A stretch of 27,621 nt of DNA from Campylobacterota bacterium. GTDB lineage: Bacteria > Campylobacterota > Campylobacteria > Campylobacterales > Sulfurovaceae. The translations under genes and the position numbers were made by a program. The notes under the pieces are model-generated. The model saw nothing but the letters and a program-made list of their open reading frames with translations, was not told the DNA's origin and ran no database searches. The stretch covers positions 1 through 27,621 of the forward strand of contig JAYEOM010000034.1 of assembly GCA_034722955.1 (NCBI GenBank), read 5' to 3'. This document shows positions 8,994 to 16,950 of this stretch, piece after piece (within the stretch, counting starts at the first letter, position 1; each line of letters begins with the position of its first letter).

Positions 8994-10433
8994 TTATGCG
9001 ATATCCCCGCTATTGAATCCATCTGCACCTATACCGAGCAAAATAATAGCCTCATCAGCTACTCCATCCGCATTGTTATCCACAAAAAGATATCCTGTTT
9101 TCCCGCCATCATATTGATAAGAGTAGACAACACCATTAAGAGTAATATCACCAGTAGTAGGATCAACATCTACAAATGATGCATTTGCAGCAATTTTGGC
9201 AGCTTCAAAACTGGAGATTGTTTCTGGTCCCTTAGCGAAATTTGTATCATTTCCCATACCCATGCCATCAAAACTTATCTTATCTGCACCTGTCTCGAAA
9301 GAGCTGATGACATCCGCAGTGCCCACTGTAATACCGGTATCTCCCTTATCTGCATATCTGAAAGTATCTATACCAGGACTTGCTACGATCTTATCTGCAC
9401 CTACATCGCCAATGACCACATTAGTGCTACTGCTCGGAGCAGCTATAAGATTTATTGTATCAACTCCAATACCTCCTAGGATAGTACTGCCATCAGTATT
9501 GACAACACCGCCTGTTATCGTCAATTGTCCATCAAATCCTGATCCATCGATCAACCGAGCTGTACCAGCATTTGAGCTTTTGAGTGTGAACTCTGACTCT
9601 GCTTCTTTACTATGGATAGTGATTGTATCAATCCCTGTGGTACCAGTTAGATCAAAGCTTGCATTATCTGCTTCACTATCTATAACCAAACTCTCGACAT
9701 TTGACATATTGGCTATATATACATTTGTACTTCGCCCGGGCAGGACTTCGACGAACAGTACATCATTGCCTCCGCCACCATCGATGATATCCCCAGCGTT
9801 TAGTGTTGTGTTGCTATGATTTGCAGTATCTACAACCCCATTGATCATACTATTGATATCTAAACCCTCTATACTGTCAATCTTTGTCGTCAGGAAGATA
9901 CTTGAACTCGGAGGTATAGGGGTAGGTGGTACAGGTGCGATAGCAACCCAATAGTCGACCTCAGCCGTTGCCACTGAAACAGAGGAGCCTTCACTTGTCA
10001 CATTTTCCATCACCTCATAAGCTTGAGCCAAGGTCAACAGGGAGCCATTTTGTGCAAAATATAGACCTACCTCTGTTTTATTATCAAGTACTTTCTGATC
10101 TGCACCTTGTGCTCCATTGACAATACTGATAATCATATCTGCTCTGCATGTAGTACCGCTATTGAGTGCATCAACCCAGTAGGCCAAATCTGTAGAGCTG
10201 GCATCTCGGTTGAAGGCATTATTGTATATCTCATTGACAAATTCTGCATTATTCATAGTCTCTGGATACATGGAGAGTGTCTCTGGCTGCTCAAAGAAAC
10301 ACCCTGCAATCTGTTCGATCGTATCAAAGCCGGCATGATCTGACCAGTAGACCAGCCCAGCTAAATCGGGTGCTCTATTAAAAGTAGCGACATAAATCTC
10401 AGCTACTTGTTCTCTTGAGATAGTGTATAACAT
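8994..10433 (-). CDS. DUF4214-domain S-layer/RTX-like surface protein (RsaA/SapA-like architecture)
   Basis: N-terminal IYVATFNRAPDLAGLVYW and FVNEIYNNAFNRD..DLAYW; Pro linker; TTLNAGDIIDGGGGNDVL; degenerate GGxGxD repeats; C-terminal DVISSFETGADKI and YLFVDNNADG. No Sec signal peptide. Confidence 0.8.
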   Translation of the reverse strand: MLYTISREQVAEIYVATFNRAPDLAGLVYWSDHAGFDTIEQIAGCFFEQPETLSMYPETMNNAEFVNEIYNNAFNRDASSTDLAYWVDALNSGTTCRADMIISIVNGAQGADQKVLDNKTEVGLYFAQNGSLLTLAQAYEVMENVTSEGSSVSVATAEVDYWVAIAPVPPTPIPPSSSIFLTTKIDSIEGLDINSMINGVVDTANHSNTTLNAGDIIDGGGGNDVLFVEVLPGRSTNVYIANMSNVESLVIDSEADNASFDLTGTTGIDTITIHSKEAESEFTLKSSNAGTARLIDGSGFDGQLTITGGVVNTDGSTILGGIGVDTINLIAAPSSSTNVVIGDVGADKIVASPGIDTFRYADKGDTGITVGTADVISSFETGADKISFDGMGMGNDTNFAKGPETISSFEAAKIAANASFVDVDPTTGDITLNGVVYSYQYDGGKTGYLFVDNNADGVADEAIILLGIGADGFNSGDIA

Positions 10434-10649
10434 ATAATCTCCTTATATTATAAAATATTTCTTAATATAGTACGATACTATTTATTAACTAAGAAGTTTA
10501 TTAAGAGTCGTAAATTTATAGCCTAAGTGTATAAAATTTATATCATTGAAATCAAATAATATGAATTTGAATATAATTTTAAGAGTGACATTATGTGTTT
10601 ATCGCTATGATTGTACTAAATAATATCAAAATAGGTTAAGGAGTATATT

Positions 10650-11204
10650 ATGATTAAGAAAATTGCATTAGCTGCTACAATTATTGCATTGAGTAGTTCT
10701 CTTCAGGCAGAAGGATATTCAGAAGGAAAGAAATTTATTGGTATTGAAGGTGGTGGAGCACAACTTCAGGGTGGTAGATATATGGATCTTGAAGATCCAT
10801 TAAGTTTTGATCCTATGTACAAGGGCAAAGGTCCCATAGGTGGCCTTCGCTTTGGTGCACAAAATGAAAAATATAGGACGATGATTCTTTTTGATTATTA
10901 TAGTAACGATGATGATGATCAGACTTATCAGATGGGGTTGATCAGCATCGACTACTATGTCTTAAGTCAAGATGCTGCCGCTGTAACTATCAAGCCATTT
11001 ATCGGAATCAACTTTGGATATATGCGCTATGAGTCTACACTGGTAGATGAGGATGACTTTGTTTATGGTGGTCAAGCGGGCATGGTAATGTCGGTCAGTG
11101 ACAAGGTTGATATAGATCTCACATATCGGTATAACCTCTCTTATGAAGCTCCTACTATGGATCATCTCGGTGCACTATTACTTGGTGTCAACTATCTCTA
11201 CTAG
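10650..11204 (+). CDS. Small outer-membrane beta-barrel protein (about 8 strands)
   Basis: Signal peptide ending SLQA, amphipathic strands (PFIGINFGY, YGGQAG, VDIDLTYRY) and C-terminal aromatic signature LGVNYLY. Confidence 0.85.
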   Translation: MIKKIALAATIIALSSSLQAEGYSEGKKFIGIEGGGAQLQGGRYMDLEDPLSFDPMYKGKGPIGGLRFGAQNEKYRTMILFDYYSNDDDDQTYQMGLISIDYYVLSQDAAAVTIKPFIGINFGYMRYESTLVDEDDFVYGGQAGMVMSVSDKVDIDLTYRYNLSYEAPTMDHLGALLLGVNYLY

Positions 11205-11222
11205 ATAAAGAAAGGGTTTAAA

Positions 11223-12686
11223 ATGAAAAAAATAGCTTTGGCATCCATCATAACACTGCTCATTGGCTTTATTATGATGGGGTGTGGCAGTAATACCAAG
11301 ACAGACCCCTTGCCGCCACCACCGCCTGCAAGTCCATATATGTTAACCAATGTAACAACACCTTTTGATATAGGTTATGCTGGTGAACAGAAGGAGTTCC
11401 AAGTACAAGTATTGAAAGATGGTTATCCTATCTCAGGAGAGAGTGTAAATATAGGATATCTCCCTGCAAATTTTGGATTTGTAGATAGTGCAACAGCTAT
11501 TAGTAATGAAGCTGGTTATGCAATCTTTAACTATACTGCTGCTGACCCTTTGACCAATGGTGTCCAATCCTTGGAGTTGATACATGAATCAATAAAAGAG
11601 CCGGAAGAGGGAGATACAGAGGAGGATATAGAGATACTGACAACAATAGCATACTTGACGATCAATGTTGTAGAGGGATCGAGTGAATTTGGGTATAAGT
11701 TTGTAAATGCAACTACTCCTATCAATGTAACTGGAGCAGGGCAGAGTTCAGAGATCAGTGCTTATCTGATGGATAAAGACAATGTTCTTTTACCAGGTAA
11801 ATTAGTCAGTATGACTCCTATGGATCCTAAATATGGTAGTATCACTTCACTTACAACTTTCACTGATGGTTCGGGTAAAGCAAGCTTCAATTATACTGCA
11901 CCTGCTGATTTGACAGGACTTGGTAGCACTTCAGTAGTCATGTCATGTACAGAGTTTGGACAAACCATTACACAAAAAATCGATATAATCTTTGAGAGAA
12001 CAGGTTATAGATTTATCAATGTAACTACACCAATTGTTATAAATCAAGGTGTTCAGACGGCAGTGATCAGTGCCAATCTTATAGATGAAAACAATCAAGG
12101 TGTACCAGGTGAAACAGTAAATATCACACCAGTTGCCAATGGATATGGTATGGTAACACCAGGTTCTACCACTACTGATAATGCAGGTAAAGCGATATTT
12201 AACTATGAAGCACCACTTCATTTGACAGGATTGACAAGTACTTCTGTAACGATGAGTTACTTTGACGGTGTAGGTACGGTATCTGCAAATGTAGAGATCC
12301 AGATCACAGGTGGCGGTGATACAGGCTATCAACTAGTCAATGCAAAAGATCCATACTATGTCTATGCTGCTGATCAGACTGAAACATTTGATATACAGTT
12401 GATCAAAAATGGTCAGCCTGTACTAGATGCCAGAACTTGTAGCACAGATACAAGTACCGTAACTAAAGATTGTGTTATCCCTTATGCTATAGATAGAAGA
12501 TTTGGTCGTTTCCAAGGGATTGGTGCTTCAAGTGGTGATGGGTATCTACATTATGGATATGTCGCACCAGATGATGCTGAAAAGGCTGCGAATGGCGAAG
12601 ATACCACCTTCTTGGTCAAGTATATAGATGAGAATGGAATGGTAGCAGTCGTATCAGACCCTATCACACTAAGAATGCGTTACTAA
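11223..12686 (+). CDS. Lipoprotein with four tandem bacterial Ig-like (Big-1-like) repeats
   Basis: Lipobox IMMG-C, poly-Pro tether, and four repeats of about 105-120 aa starting Y-x-[LF]-x-N-[VA]-x-x-P with TDxxGxAxFNYxAP-type cores. Confidence 0.8.
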   Translation: MKKIALASIITLLIGFIMMGCGSNTKTDPLPPPPPASPYMLTNVTTPFDIGYAGEQKEFQVQVLKDGYPISGESVNIGYLPANFGFVDSATAISNEAGYAIFNYTAADPLTNGVQSLELIHESIKEPEEGDTEEDIEILTTIAYLTINVVEGSSEFGYKFVNATTPINVTGAGQSSEISAYLMDKDNVLLPGKLVSMTPMDPKYGSITSLTTFTDGSGKASFNYTAPADLTGLGSTSVVMSCTEFGQTITQKIDIIFERTGYRFINVTTPIVINQGVQTAVISANLIDENNQGVPGETVNITPVANGYGMVTPGSTTTDNAGKAIFNYEAPLHLTGLTSTSVTMSYFDGVGTVSANVEIQITGGGDTGYQLVNAKDPYYVYAADQTETFDIQLIKNGQPVLDARTCSTDTSTVTKDCVIPYAIDRRFGRFQGIGASSGDGYLHYGYVAPDDAEKAANGEDTTFLVKYIDENGMVAVVSDPITLRMRY

Positions 12687-12700
12687 TACCAAGAGTAACA

Positions 12701-12734
12701 CGAGTGATACAGAATCCCCTTCTGTATTCACCCG
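12701..12734. terminator. Hairpin directly after the lipoprotein gene (possible terminator or 3' stabiliser)
   Basis: CGAGTGATACAGAA-TCCCC-TTCTGTATTCACCCG; no immediate U-tract on the plus strand. Confidence 0.4.
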
Positions 12735-12804
12735 ATAAAAAAGAGACTTAGCAATAATTCGGGTTTTCTTGTTCATAAGCCCCAGAGACTGTGAAAGAAC
12801 TCCC

Positions 12805-12835
12805 TTAGCTACCCCTCAAAGGGTAGCTAATCTAC
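12805..12835 (-). repeat. GTAG-footed REP-like palindrome
   Basis: Minus strand GTAG-A-TTAGCTACCC-TTTGAG-GGGTAGCTAA, a perfect 10-bp stem. Confidence 0.6.
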
Positions 12836-12879
12836 TCAAAAACATCAAAATTACACCCATTTATTTTCATCAGCAACCC

Positions 12880-12970
12880 GTAGGGGTAGACCTGTGTGTC
12901 TACCCACATGTTAAAAACAAAACCATTTTAAATCACCATATCAAGGGCAGACACATAGGTCTGCCCCTAC
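12880..12970. repeat. Inverted REP doublet (REPIN-like)
   Basis: GTAG-GGGTAGAC-CTGTGT-GTCTACCC (12880-12905, +) and GTAG-GGGCAGAC-CTATGT-GTCTGCCC (12945-12970, -), 39-nt spacer, with a compensatory stem change. Confidence 0.85.
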
Positions 12971-13031
12971 AGCCGTGTTGCCCATTTTTTCTTCCACATT
13001 CAAATCTACACCCTGCCGTGAATGGTATTTT

Positions 13032-13140
13032 GTAGGTTTGGCACTGCCAAATGATTAATTGGATTTTGGTCAACATAAATGGTTATGATTTTATCAATCA
13101 AAAATCAAGCTTATTTCATTGGCATTGGGGATACCCCTAC
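13032..13140. repeat. Degenerate inverted REP-like doublet
   Basis: GTAGGTTTGGCACTGCCAAA (13032-13051, +) and GTAGGGGTATCCCCAATGCCAAT (13118-13140, -); both have a GTAGG foot and a TGCCAA tail. Confidence 0.5.
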
Positions 13141-13160
13141 GAATTACTGTATACTGTTAG

Positions 13161-13185
13161 GGCTACCACGGAGACCGTGGGAGCC
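13161..13185. repeat. Additional REP-like palindrome
   Basis: GGCTACCACGG-AGA-CCGTGGGAGCC, 10 of 11 bp stem. Confidence 0.5.
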
Positions 13186-13225
13186 ATTAAATCACCAGAC
13201 CCCTCTACCTACTTAGAAGAATATA

Positions 13226-14101
13226 TCAGTAACTGTTTTGGCTGAGTGATTCCACTTTTTCGGAGACTATCTTGATAGAGCCGTTCTCTTTCTTCAGTAT
13301 AAGTGTATGTTGCATCTGTCCACTTCTTCCTCTATGCTCAAAATCATTATATAGATCATAGGTTGTGCTATACTTTACCATTTGTTGATCAGGATGGGAG
13401 GAGGGCTCTTTGGTCTCTATGAGTTTGATCATATCAAATTGTATCTTGGGCCACTCTCTAAAATATCTCTCCTTTTGAGTAGCGATAAATTTACTAGAGA
13501 CAACTCCTCTGCCTAGAAAATCAACCTTTGGTGCATAGAGTGACATGAGAGCATCAAGACTTCTGCTATTTTGTATAGAGAGGTAGTGCTGGATAAAATC
13601 CAGAGCTTCAGTTCTGCCTATCTTTTGTGATGAGGATACATATCGTTTTTTGCTTATACTCTTTGATGTGATCTTCAATATACTCTTTTTTGTATCAAGA
13701 CTCCAAGGCTCAAGCCTCTTCAATGCACTCTGCCCCAATAAAACTAATGATCCATTGATCCCTACACCTGCCTTGATATTGGTGATTTCTGTTTGACCTA
13801 TTGTGAGTTTTTTGATATTAATGATAATGATATCGACTATATCGCCATTGGCGATCCTGCTTTGACCTTTGCCTAAAATATCAGAGTTTTCTATAGAGTT
13901 ATCTGCTTTGAGCTGTTCAAATACATGATCTGGTATATAGACTAGTGATGCACCTGAGTCTATCACAAACTCTAGCTCTATCGTATCGTTTAGAGTCACA
14001 GGTGTATAGTAGACTCCACCTCTATGTGATAGCAATATATCCTCTGCATTTGCATAGAGATAAAAAAAGACTATTGTTAAAAATACTATTTTTGTTTTCA
14101 T
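13226..14101 (-). CDS. Secreted retropepsin-like (clan AA) aspartic protease with C-terminal NTF2/SnoaL-like domain
   Basis: Signal peptide (..YANA-E), FVIDSGASLV catalytic motif, IANG flap and LLGQSAL. C-terminal domain LDALMSLYAPKVDF...LKKENGSIKIVSE. Confidence 0.85.
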   Translation of the reverse strand: MKTKIVFLTIVFFYLYANAEDILLSHRGGVYYTPVTLNDTIELEFVIDSGASLVYIPDHVFEQLKADNSIENSDILGKGQSRIANGDIVDIIIINIKKLTIGQTEITNIKAGVGINGSLVLLGQSALKRLEPWSLDTKKSILKITSKSISKKRYVSSSQKIGRTEALDFIQHYLSIQNSRSLDALMSLYAPKVDFLGRGVVSSKFIATQKERYFREWPKIQFDMIKLIETKEPSSHPDQQMVKYSTTYDLYNDFEHRGRSGQMQHTLILKKENGSIKIVSEKVESLSQNSY

Positions 14102-14296
14102 CTGTCTCTCTATATCATCATCTAAATTATTTTATCCTAAAAGTACTAAACAGTAAGTCTATTAATCTATTTTTGGTATTATTTTCTTGCTTGGATTCAC
14201 ATCATAACCGAATAACCCATAAGTAAATTGCATAGGTATTTAGCAAGGAAAGTTAGATACACTTCAGCAATCACAACAAAGCTTAAAGGGTAAAAA

Positions 14297-14431
14297 ATGG
14301 CATATAACCAACTAACTCTCCAAGAGAGATATTATATCGAAATAGAGATGAAAAACGGAACCTCTCAAAACATGATAGCAGGAAGCCTTAAGAGAGTATC
14401 CCTATTCTCGTTGATTGTGGAGATGTGGTGA
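14297..14431 (+). pseudogene. IS30-family transposase N-terminal HTH remnant
   Basis: MAYNQLTLQERYYIEIEMKNGTSQNMIAGSLKR resembles the IS30 N-terminus (YxQLTxxERxxI...GxSxxxIAxxLxR), then diverges and stops after 44 aa. Confidence 0.75.
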
Positions 14432-14494
14432 AAATTTATAATACCTCCCCTCTATTTTAAAGAGTTATAAATAATATCTCAATATAATCCACAT

Positions 14495-14671
14495 ATGAAA
14501 ACTAAAATATTACTCAACGGTATAGGTAGGATTGGCAAAGCTATTTTTCGTATATCATTGACAGACAACTCTTTCGAGATAGTAGCTATAAATAAGATCA
14601 ATCCAAATATCAAAAGTATAGCTTACTCTATCATCAATGATTTAGATAGAGAGGTGTCCAAATGCTCCTAG
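14495..14671 (+). pseudogene. GAPDH-like NAD-binding N-terminal fragment (58 aa) overlapping the coaX start
   Basis: MKTKILLNGIGRIGKAIFRISLTDNSFEIVAINKINPNIKSIAYSI matches the GAPDH NGxGRIG and EIVAIN motifs; ends before the YDS motif and catalytic domain. Confidence 0.75.
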
Positions 14672-15309
14672 CAGATATAGGCAATACCCACACTCATCTC
14701 TATGATGGCAGAGAAGTTACACACTTGACCCATAACAATGCGATAGAGAGATATGCACAAAAATCTATCAACTATATCTCCGTCAATAGATCCGCAGAAG
14801 AGAAGATCACCAACCGGACAAAATGGAAAAATATCTCCTCTCTCATCACTCTTGATGGGGCTTATGATACTATGGGAGTGGATAGGAGGGCTTTATGTTT
14901 GAGCCATATAGATGGAGTATTTGTGGATGCAGGGTCGGCGATCACGGTTGATGTGATGGAGGGAAGAGTCTATCAGGGGGGGTTTATATTGCCAGGGTAT
15001 CGTGCTATGCTGGAGAGTTATGGCACTATCTCGCCAGTGCTAAAGCATGAACTCAACTATGAAGTTTCTACCGATAGCCTCCCCCTCACAACAAAAGATG
15101 GGATAAGCTATGGTATAATCGCGTCCATAAAAAGCATCATTGAGAAGCATCAAAAAGATAAAATGATCTACTTTACAGGAGGAGATGGAGAGCATCTCTC
15201 TTCTCTCATCGAGGAGTCTATATTTGATGATACTCTGGTTTTTCTAGGGATGCAACAGGCTCTAAAAAAGAGTAAAAGTGATAAAGATAAAGGATATTAT
15301 ATATGTTGA
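14662..15309 (+). CDS. coaX: Type III pantothenate kinase
   Basis: LLADIGNT, MGVDR, VDAGSAITVD, GGFILPG and FTGGDG motifs. Confidence 0.95.
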   Translation: MLLADIGNTHTHLYDGREVTHLTHNNAIERYAQKSINYISVNRSAEEKITNRTKWKNISSLITLDGAYDTMGVDRRALCLSHIDGVFVDAGSAITVDVMEGRVYQGGFILPGYRAMLESYGTISPVLKHELNYEVSTDSLPLTTKDGISYGIIASIKSIIEKHQKDKMIYFTGGDGEHLSSLIEESIFDDTLVFLGMQQALKKSKSDKDKGYYIC

Positions 15310-15923
15310 CTATAGCACTACCCAAAGGCAGAATAGCAGAAGAGACACTGGAGATCTTCGCTGAGATATTTGGCGGAGAGTTCAAGTTTGAGAGTAGAAA
15401 GTTGATACTTGATATCGGAGAGTTTCGATTTCTCAATGTCAGAAACCAGGATGTTCCGACCTATGTAGAGCATGGAGCAGCAGATATCGGTGTGGTTGGG
15501 TTGGATGTGATCACAGAAAAAGAGCTAGATATCATCAACCTGCTCGATATGAATCTGGGCAAATGCAAAGTGGCGATCGGTATCAAGAACGACGATGAGC
15601 TAGACTGGAACAAACCAGATATCAAAGTAGCCACAAAGATGGTCAATATAACCAAAAACTATTTTGCCCAAAAAGCAGTGGGTGTTGAGGTGATCAAGCT
15701 CTATGGTTCTATCGAGCTTGCACCATTGGTAGGATTGGCTGATGCGATCGTAGATATAGTAGAGACTGGTGATACTATGCGTGAAAATGGGTTGAAGGTA
15801 GCAGAGGATATCATGAGCTCTTCTGCACATCTCATAGCCAACAAAAACAGCTACTATGCCAACAAGAGAGAGATACTCTCACTCTACGGGAAGATCAATG
15901 CAGTCGTACAGAGCCGTGTCTAA
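15303..15923 (+). CDS. hisG: ATP phosphoribosyltransferase, short form
   Basis: LTIALPKGR, DVPTYVEHGAADIGVVG, LYGSIELAPLVGLADAIVDIVETGDTMRENGL; 206 aa. Confidence 0.97.
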   Translation: MLTIALPKGRIAEETLEIFAEIFGGEFKFESRKLILDIGEFRFLNVRNQDVPTYVEHGAADIGVVGLDVITEKELDIINLLDMNLGKCKVAIGIKNDDELDWNKPDIKVATKMVNITKNYFAQKAVGVEVIKLYGSIELAPLVGLADAIVDIVETGDTMRENGLKVAEDIMSSSAHLIANKNSYYANKREILSLYGKINAVVQSRV

Positions 15924-16635
15924 CTCATCCTCTTCTAGTGATGCACTCGACCTATATGCCAAGGTAGAAGATCTGCTAGGGGTTAAAGAGGCATCCCCTG
16001 CACTCTATGCACACTATCTACTCTCTCTAAATGGTATCGATTTTGACTCTATCTTGGATGTGGGGTGTGGCAGTGGGGATTTTCTGTATCAAATCAAACA
16101 TATATTTGGACCCGATAGAGTGCTAGGTATCGATCTGAGTCCTCTGATGGTCAAGCAGAGTATAGAGCAGGGTATCGAGGCTCGATGTATAGATCTATGT
16201 GAACTTGATGGCTCTTTTGATGTTGTGACGGCAGTTTTTGATATGTTGAATTACCTCGATAAAGAGCATCTCCATCTACTCCTGCGGTGTCTGGAAGATC
16301 GGGTTAACCCCGGTGGGTATTTTCTCTGTGACATTAACACACTCTATGGGTTTGAAGAGATTGCAGTTGGCTCTTTCATAGTAGACGATGAGGATCGTTT
16401 TGTTGCGATAGATGGTGAGTTTGATGATGATATATACCGATCTGAATTTACCCTCTTTGAAAAGATAGCAGAAGATAGCTATAGCAAGTCCAAAGAGACA
16501 ATAGAGCAGCATTATCATACAGTTGCACTATTGAGTCAACTGCTTCCCAATATGGAACTAATAGTCAATGATAAAGTGATGCTCTATAGTGATGATGCGG
16601 ATAAGGATTTTTTGGTATTTAAGAAAAGGGGGTAG
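15916..16635 (+). CDS. Class I SAM-dependent methyltransferase
   Basis: ILDVGCGSG motif I, GIDLS, FDVVTAVFDMLNY and PGGYFLCD. Start placed at the GTG overlapping the hisG stop. Confidence 0.88.
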   Translation: MSNSSSSSDALDLYAKVEDLLGVKEASPALYAHYLLSLNGIDFDSILDVGCGSGDFLYQIKHIFGPDRVLGIDLSPLMVKQSIEQGIEARCIDLCELDGSFDVVTAVFDMLNYLDKEHLHLLLRCLEDRVNPGGYFLCDINTLYGFEEIAVGSFIVDDEDRFVAIDGEFDDDIYRSEFTLFEKIAEDSYSKSKETIEQHYHTVALLSQLLPNMELIVNDKVMLYSDDADKDFLVFKKRG

Positions 16636-16661
16636 GCAGGATCGAAAATCGATCACTGCCT
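16634..16661. terminator. Hairpin between convergent methyltransferase and rpsR genes (likely terminator)
   Basis: AGGCAG-GATCGA-AAA-TCGATC-A-CTGCCT; a T-rich run follows on the minus strand after a short gap. Confidence 0.6.
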
Positions 16662-16677
16662 TGAGGGTCGTTCTGCT

Positions 16678-16941
16678 CTATTTGATCATTTCAAATGGAT
16701 TTTCAACTACATTCTTTCTGTCAACGATATATGGGATGAGTGCAGTCTGGCGAGCTCTTTTGATCGCTACTGTTACCATCTCTTGGTGTTTTTTACAGTT
16801 TCCTGTCAATCTTCTAGGCATGATTTTAAATCTTTCGCTTAGACTAAATTTGAATAGTGCAAGGTCTTTGTAGTCGATATAATCAACTTTTGCTTCACAA
16901 TATTTACAATATCTCTTTTTAAATTTTCTTCTTTCTGCCAT
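16678..16941 (-). CDS. rpsR: 30S ribosomal protein S18
   Basis: [42 protein letters not shown]. Confidence 0.98.
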   Translation of the reverse strand: MAERRKFKKRYCKYCEAKVDYIDYKDLALFKFSLSERFKIMPRRLTGNCKKHQEMVTVAIKRARQTALIPYIVDRKNVVENPFEMIK

Positions 16942-16950
16942 AATTTACTC

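Noticed and set aside
9196..9819. 207-aa ORF antisense to the S-layer-like gene
   Set aside because: No recognisable motifs; explained by the codon bias of the sense gene.
10434..10649. CRP- or FNR-like sites or an invertible promoter in the AT-rich divergent intergenic region
   Set aside because: Only an imperfect AT-only inverted repeat (about 10511-10540) was seen, with no TGTGA-N6-TCACA match and no recombinase nearby.
12769..13245. ORFs 12769-13035 and 13051-13245; CRISPR or attC interpretation of the hairpins
   Set aside because: The ORFs run through palindromes and lack an RBS or motifs. The hairpins are inverted and heterogeneous, not regularly spaced direct repeats, and no cas or integrase gene is present.
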